Part shown: positions 7,774 through 11,204 of the stretch, in pieces
Numbering within the stretch: position 1 is the stretch's first letter
Layout of the letters: every line of letters starts with the position of its first letter
NCBI GenBank assembly: GCA_041640455.1
Contig: JBEQAF010000007.1
Coordinates: 28,478 to 39,681, forward strand
Length of the DNA stretch: 11,204 nt
Direction: 5' to 3'
Origin: a bacterium
GTDB lineage: Bacteria > CALINM01
Notes under the pieces: model-generated
Database searches by the model: none
What the model saw: only the letters and a program-made list of their open reading frames with translations
Told to the model about the DNA's origin: nothing
Position numbers and translations under genes: made by a program

Positions 7774-8109
7774 CTATCCCCATTTATTTTTTTGTGAATG
7801 ACTGGTTATTTCTGCAATAATCATCTTTTCTATTATTTTACATGATTCTGAAACTCTTTGGAATATGTATAAACAGCCAGGATCCAGATTGTCTTCTATG
7901 CCTTCTTGAGCAATCTCTTTAAGGGTCTGTATATTGACAAGAGTTTCAATAAGCAGGCTGTTGGTATTTTTTGATCTATCAATTAAAAGGCTAATATTTG
8001 GGGGTAGCTGATCAAACTGTTCACGCGGTGCTCCGCATTTGGGACATACCTCCGGTGGAGCATCTCCCTCGTGTATATAAAAGCAAACTTTACATCTAAA
8101 CTTTTCCAT
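7774..8109 (-). CDS. Rubredoxin-like domain protein (N-terminal Fe(Cys)4 domain plus C-terminal helical domain)
   Basis: FRCKVCFYIHEGDAPPEVCPKCGAP (CxxC-x12-CxxC), then a helical region with EGIEDNLDPGC and AEITSH..KNKW. SD AAGGA. Confidence 0.85.
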   Translation of the reverse strand: MEKFRCKVCFYIHEGDAPPEVCPKCGAPREQFDQLPPNISLLIDRSKNTNSLLIETLVNIQTLKEIAQEGIEDNLDPGCLYIFQRVSESCKIIEKMIIAEITSHSQKNKWG

Positions 8110-8125
8110 ATCTTTCCTTTAGAGC

Positions 8126-8503
8126 CTATGGGATCTTAAGAAGCTCCTTAACAGTGGCGATAAGCTGATTGGTCTGCACCGGTTTGGTAAGATAGGCGTT
8201 TGCTCCTAAAGTTAATCCTCTTTTTTTATCTTCCTCGGCACCCTCTGTGGTCACAATAATAATAGGCATATCTTTAAACTTTGCATCCTGTCTGACAAGA
8301 CTGACCAGCTTTAAACCGTCCATTATGGGCATGTTAATGTCAGCAATTAGTAGATCAAACTTCTGTGCGGACAGCTTTTTCAACCCGTCAACACCATCGT
8401 TGGCTTCCGTAACACTGACATCTTTTAGTCTTTTTAGCGCAAAAACTATTAGCTGTCTCATCGTTGGGGAATCTTCAACAACCAATATATTTATACCTGC
8501 CAT
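8126..8503 (-). CDS. cheY: Single-domain CheY-like response regulator
   Basis: ILVVEDS, phospho-acceptor ADINMP.MDG, VTT, GANAYLTKP. SD AAGGAG. Lies in the che cluster. Confidence 0.9.
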   Translation of the reverse strand: MAGINILVVEDSPTMRQLIVFALKRLKDVSVTEANDGVDGLKKLSAQKFDLLIADINMPIMDGLKLVSLVRQDAKFKDMPIIIVTTEGAEEDKKRGLTLGANAYLTKPVQTNQLIATVKELLKIP

Positions 8504-8515
8504 CTTGATCTCCTT

Positions 8516-9319
8516 TTATTTTGTGAGCAGCTCAATAAATCCCTGTATTGTTGAAAGCTTTCTTTCCGATTCGGTATATAGTTTGGAGCTGAAAATGGCT
8601 GTTGCTGCATGTCCAGCAAGCAGGGTAAACAGCTCGTAGTCAAGATCTGTAAATTTCTCTTTCTGCATGAGCAGTTTGTATATAACAATAACCCCTATGG
8701 TATGTTCCTTAATCTTTAAAGGGATACAGGCGATGGGCATATCTTCATTAAACTCATCGTATATGGGGATTATTTCGCTGAAATAATTTTCTCCTGTCTT
8801 GGCAGTCTTACCTACCACACCCTTGCCCAGCTTTATACTGTTTACCATCTCCATCTCTATACCTTCTGTTGCAACAGGAGCAAGCTCGTTCGTTTTATCG
8901 TCCAGTAGATAAAGAACAAATACTTCAGCTCCAACGAGGTTAATAACTATCTCCATTATTATCTGAACAACTTCTTTAAAGTTCAGAGTGGAATGAAGCT
9001 GAAAGCTCGCCACATATAGGTTGGCGAGATTATTATTTTCGTTCTCAAGTTCAACATATTTTTGAGCAAAACTCTTGTTTTCTTCTTCCAGCTCGGCTAT
9101 CCTTTTTTTAAGCCCCTTTATCTCCATCTCAAGCTCATCTATTTTCTTGTAGCAGTCACTGTGGCTGGAATCCTCCAGCTCTTCCTTCTGGGTCTTTATA
9201 ATGTTTTCAAGCCTTTTTATCTCTTGCTTAAGTTTAGTGTTCTCAGTGACAAGACTTTTTGCGTGTTCTATTGCCTTTTTAAGCGTCTGGAAAAAATCTT
9301 CACTTAGCTCTTTACTCAT
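8516..9319 (-). CDS. Coiled-coil + GAF domain protein (che-cluster accessory, no enzymatic output domain)
   Basis: About 100-aa heptad-rich N-terminus, then GAF-like LHSTLNF.EV...I.EI..NL.G, LYLLD, G.GVVG..AKTGE, CIPLK....IGVI, FTDLDYELFTLLAGHAATAI. Confidence 0.85.
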   Translation of the reverse strand: MSKELSEDFFQTLKKAIEHAKSLVTENTKLKQEIKRLENIIKTQKEELEDSSHSDCYKKIDELEMEIKGLKKRIAELEEENKSFAQKYVELENENNNLANLYVASFQLHSTLNFKEVVQIIMEIVINLVGAEVFVLYLLDDKTNELAPVATEGIEMEMVNSIKLGKGVVGKTAKTGENYFSEIIPIYDEFNEDMPIACIPLKIKEHTIGVIVIYKLLMQKEKFTDLDYELFTLLAGHAATAIFSSKLYTESERKLSTIQGFIELLTK

Positions 9320-9339
9320 TTTAAGCCCTTTTTTGCTTT

Positions 9340-9368
9340 ATGATAGAATTAAAAGAAAATTTTTTCAA
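9340..9368 (-). promoter_or_regulatory. Putative internal sigma70 promoter upstream of the GAF gene
   Basis: Minus strand TTGAAA (9368-9363, overlapping the cheB TGA), exactly 17 nt, TATCAT (9345-9340). Both boxes match consensus at 5/6. Confidence 0.5.
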
Positions 9369-10381
9369 CCAATATTACCTATCTCTTTAAGAATATGAGC
9401 AGGTATATCCCATAGCGGTATAACCTTATCTGCAACGCCTGCCTTTATTACCTCCTGAGGCATGCCATATATCACAGCAGACTCCTTAGATTCAGCAAAA
9501 ATAGTTGCACCTGCCTCTTTGAGCTTTATGGCTCCGATTTTGCCATCTGATCCCATACCAGTAAGCACCAGAGCCAGACATTTTTTTGCATATGGCACCA
9601 GAGATTCAAAGAGCACGTTTACCGATGGTACATAAATATCCCTTTCCTTTTTCTTAATAATTTCTGTATAAAGCCCATCATTGACCTCTTTTACAGCCAG
9701 ATGAGACCCGCCAGGGGCTATATATACACAACCTGCTTCTACTGGATCATCCTGTTTTGCCTCCATAACAGTTAAAGGCGTATGCTTATTTAATCTTTCT
9801 GCAAAAACCTTTGTAAAACCTTCCGGCATGTGCTGGGCTATCAGTATGGCAGCATTAATATTGCCGGTTATGCCTGATATAATCTTTGAAATGGCCTGAG
9901 GTCCTCCTGTTGATGAGCCTATGGCAACAATTTTAAAAATATCTTTCTTGGTTGGGGCTTTCTTAATCTTTTCAGGCTTGGGAATTTTAAGATTACTTAC
10001 GAGCGCCGCCTTAATCTTAAAAATAAGATCTCTTTTTATCTCAAGCAGCTGATAGGATGCCGATTGGGTGGGCTTCATGACAAAATCTATGGCACCCATC
10101 TCTAAAGCCTTAAAAACATTTTCCGATGAGTGAAGACTGGATACCACAATTGTAGGGGTTGGTTGCTGAGCCATTAAAAATCTCAGAAAACTGAAGCCGT
10201 CCATCTCGGGCATCTCAAGGTCTACAGTGATAAGGTCGGGTTTCAGCTTTAATGCCTTTTTAAGCCCCTCTACACCGTTAGCCGCTGTGTCAACTACCTT
10301 TAAATCAGGCTCCTCCTCTATCATCTCTCGAAGGAGCTTTCTGGTAAAAGGTGAATCATCGATTATTAATATCTTTTTCAT
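9365..10381 (-). CDS. cheB: Chemotaxis response regulator protein-glutamate methylesterase CheB
   Basis: N-terminal REC (IIDDS, VDLEMPEMDG, FVMKP) plus a methylesterase domain with GSSTGGP, QHMP.GFT, PSV.VLF.S, LTGMGSDG, YGMP. Ser-His-Asp triad intact. Confidence 0.97.
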   Translation of the reverse strand: MKKILIIDDSPFTRKLLREMIEEEPDLKVVDTAANGVEGLKKALKLKPDLITVDLEMPEMDGFSFLRFLMAQQPTPTIVVSSLHSSENVFKALEMGAIDFVMKPTQSASYQLLEIKRDLIFKIKAALVSNLKIPKPEKIKKAPTKKDIFKIVAIGSSTGGPQAISKIISGITGNINAAILIAQHMPEGFTKVFAERLNKHTPLTVMEAKQDDPVEAGCVYIAPGGSHLAVKEVNDGLYTEIIKKKERDIYVPSVNVLFESLVPYAKKCLALVLTGMGSDGKIGAIKLKEAGATIFAESKESAVIYGMPQEVIKAGVADKVIPLWDIPAHILKEIGNIG

Positions 10382-10393
10382 AAAATAATTATA

Positions 10394-11203
10394 TCAGGGT
10401 TTCTGATAAACCAAATCATTTTTTAAATGTCTCATAACAAAATCGGTGGAAACATTAATAAGCGATTCTGCATGCCCGAGCAGTAAAAATCCACCGCTTA
10501 CAAGTTTATTATAAAAATTATCTATTACTTTTTTCCTTGATTCATTGTCAAAATAAATAAGCACATTTCTGCAGAAGATTATATCCATAGGCGGTAGCAT
10601 GGAGATCTGCCTGTTGTCCAGTATGTTTAGATGTCCAAAGCTCACAATATTCTTAATCTCATCTCTTATTTTATACTTGCCGTCCTGAAGAGAGGTAAAA
10701 AAAATTTTTTTATACTCTTCCTTAGTATTTCTAAACGAGTTGGCGCCATAAATACCATCTCTGGCTATCTTTATGCATCTCTGGCTTATGTCACTGGCAA
10801 AAATATTTACCTTCCAGTTTTCGAGGAGATCCTTTTTAAGATTAACAAGCATGGCTATGGTATAGGGCTCTTCTCCGGTTGAACATCCTGCTGACCAGAT
10901 TCTTAAGTTTCTGTTTTCGCCCTTTTTTGCAACAATCTCGGTAAGAATCTCATCAGTAAAGGCTTTTAGCTGATACTCCTCCCTGAAAAAATAAGTTTCA
11001 TTGGTGGTGAGCACATCATAAATAAATAGAAGCTCTTCTTCTCTTTTTATATCAAATTTGAGATAAAACAGATACTCCTTAAAAGAGGATATTTTTAGCT
11101 CCGTAAGCCTTGCACCAAGTCGCTTTTCTATAATATATTTTGAATTCTCGTCAAAGTAGATGCCGCACTTTTCTTTAATAAAGTTTCTCAGCTGTTCGAA
11201 ATC
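10394..11203 (-). CDS. cheR: Chemotaxis protein methyltransferase CheR, 5'-truncated
   Basis: The frame stays open to the window edge (DFEQLRNFIKEKCGIYF...KRL..R...YLK...EEE...VLTTNETYFFRE). Motifs: RIWSAGCSTGEEPYTIAM, ASDIS, DIIFCRNVLIYFD, GG.LLLGHAESL. Confidence 0.97.
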   Translation of the reverse strand, partial: DFEQLRNFIKEKCGIYFDENSKYIIEKRLGARLTELKISSFKEYLFYLKFDIKREEELLFIYDVLTTNETYFFREEYQLKAFTDEILTEIVAKKGENRNLRIWSAGCSTGEEPYTIAMLVNLKKDLLENWKVNIFASDISQRCIKIARDGIYGANSFRNTKEEYKKIFFTSLQDGKYKIRDEIKNIVSFGHLNILDNRQISMLPPMDIIFCRNVLIYFDNESRKKVIDNFYNKLVSGGFLLLGHAESLINVSTDFVMRHLKNDLVYQKP

Positions 11204-11204
11204 T

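Noticed and set aside
7764..7776. Stop-codon readthrough or recoding fusing the two rubredoxin-like ORFs
   Set aside because: The 10-nt gap puts them out of frame, and the downstream ORF has its own strong SD and ATG.
7462..7801. ORF-track + strand ORFs 7462-7659 and 7535-7801
   Set aside because: They are antisense shadows of the ferredoxin and mini-rubredoxin genes, which have strong SDs and clear motifs.
373..10882. Remaining short nested or antisense ORFs in the track (e.g. 373-585, 3045-3368, 3878-4180, 4794-5084, 5104-5409, 6212-6499, 8247-8639, 9062-9307, 10631-10882)
   Set aside because: They overlap well-supported genes and have no recognisable motifs.
1..11204. CRISPR array, tRNA/rRNA, IS or prophage elements
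   Set aside because: By eye I saw no spaced direct repeats, cloverleafs, transposase/integrase ORFs or terminal inverted repeats. Intergenic gaps are at most about 140 nt.

Overview
AT-rich bacterial chromosomal window with two convergent gene blocks and no mobile element, RNA gene or CRISPR array that I can see. The + strand carries a tandem pair of PLP-dependent transsulfuration enzymes (metI-like, 5'-truncated, then metC-like), rarA/mgsA, a secreted stand-alone PgaB C-terminal (GH153/GHL13)-like glycoside hydrolase, and a LysM-NlpC/P60 peptidoglycan peptidase. The - strand carries the end of a chemosensory cluster (cheR 5'-truncated, cheB, coiled-coil+GAF protein, cheY-like regulator). With gaps of only 10-45 nt this continues into a redox/metal block: a rubredoxin-domain protein, a 35-aa stand-alone mini-rubredoxin, a 56-aa 2[4Fe-4S] ferredoxin (both small genes are missing from the ORF track), a DUF169 protein and a DUF318/ArsP-like permease. 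Candidate regulatory elements are an internal sigma70 promoter overlapping the cheB stop, a sigma54 -24/-12 site directly before the permease, a probably leaderless rarA, and a GC hairpin after the ferredoxin. The gene content suggests an anaerobic, Desulfobacterota/Nitrospirota-like organism (inference only). Family assignments come from motif recognition, not database searches.
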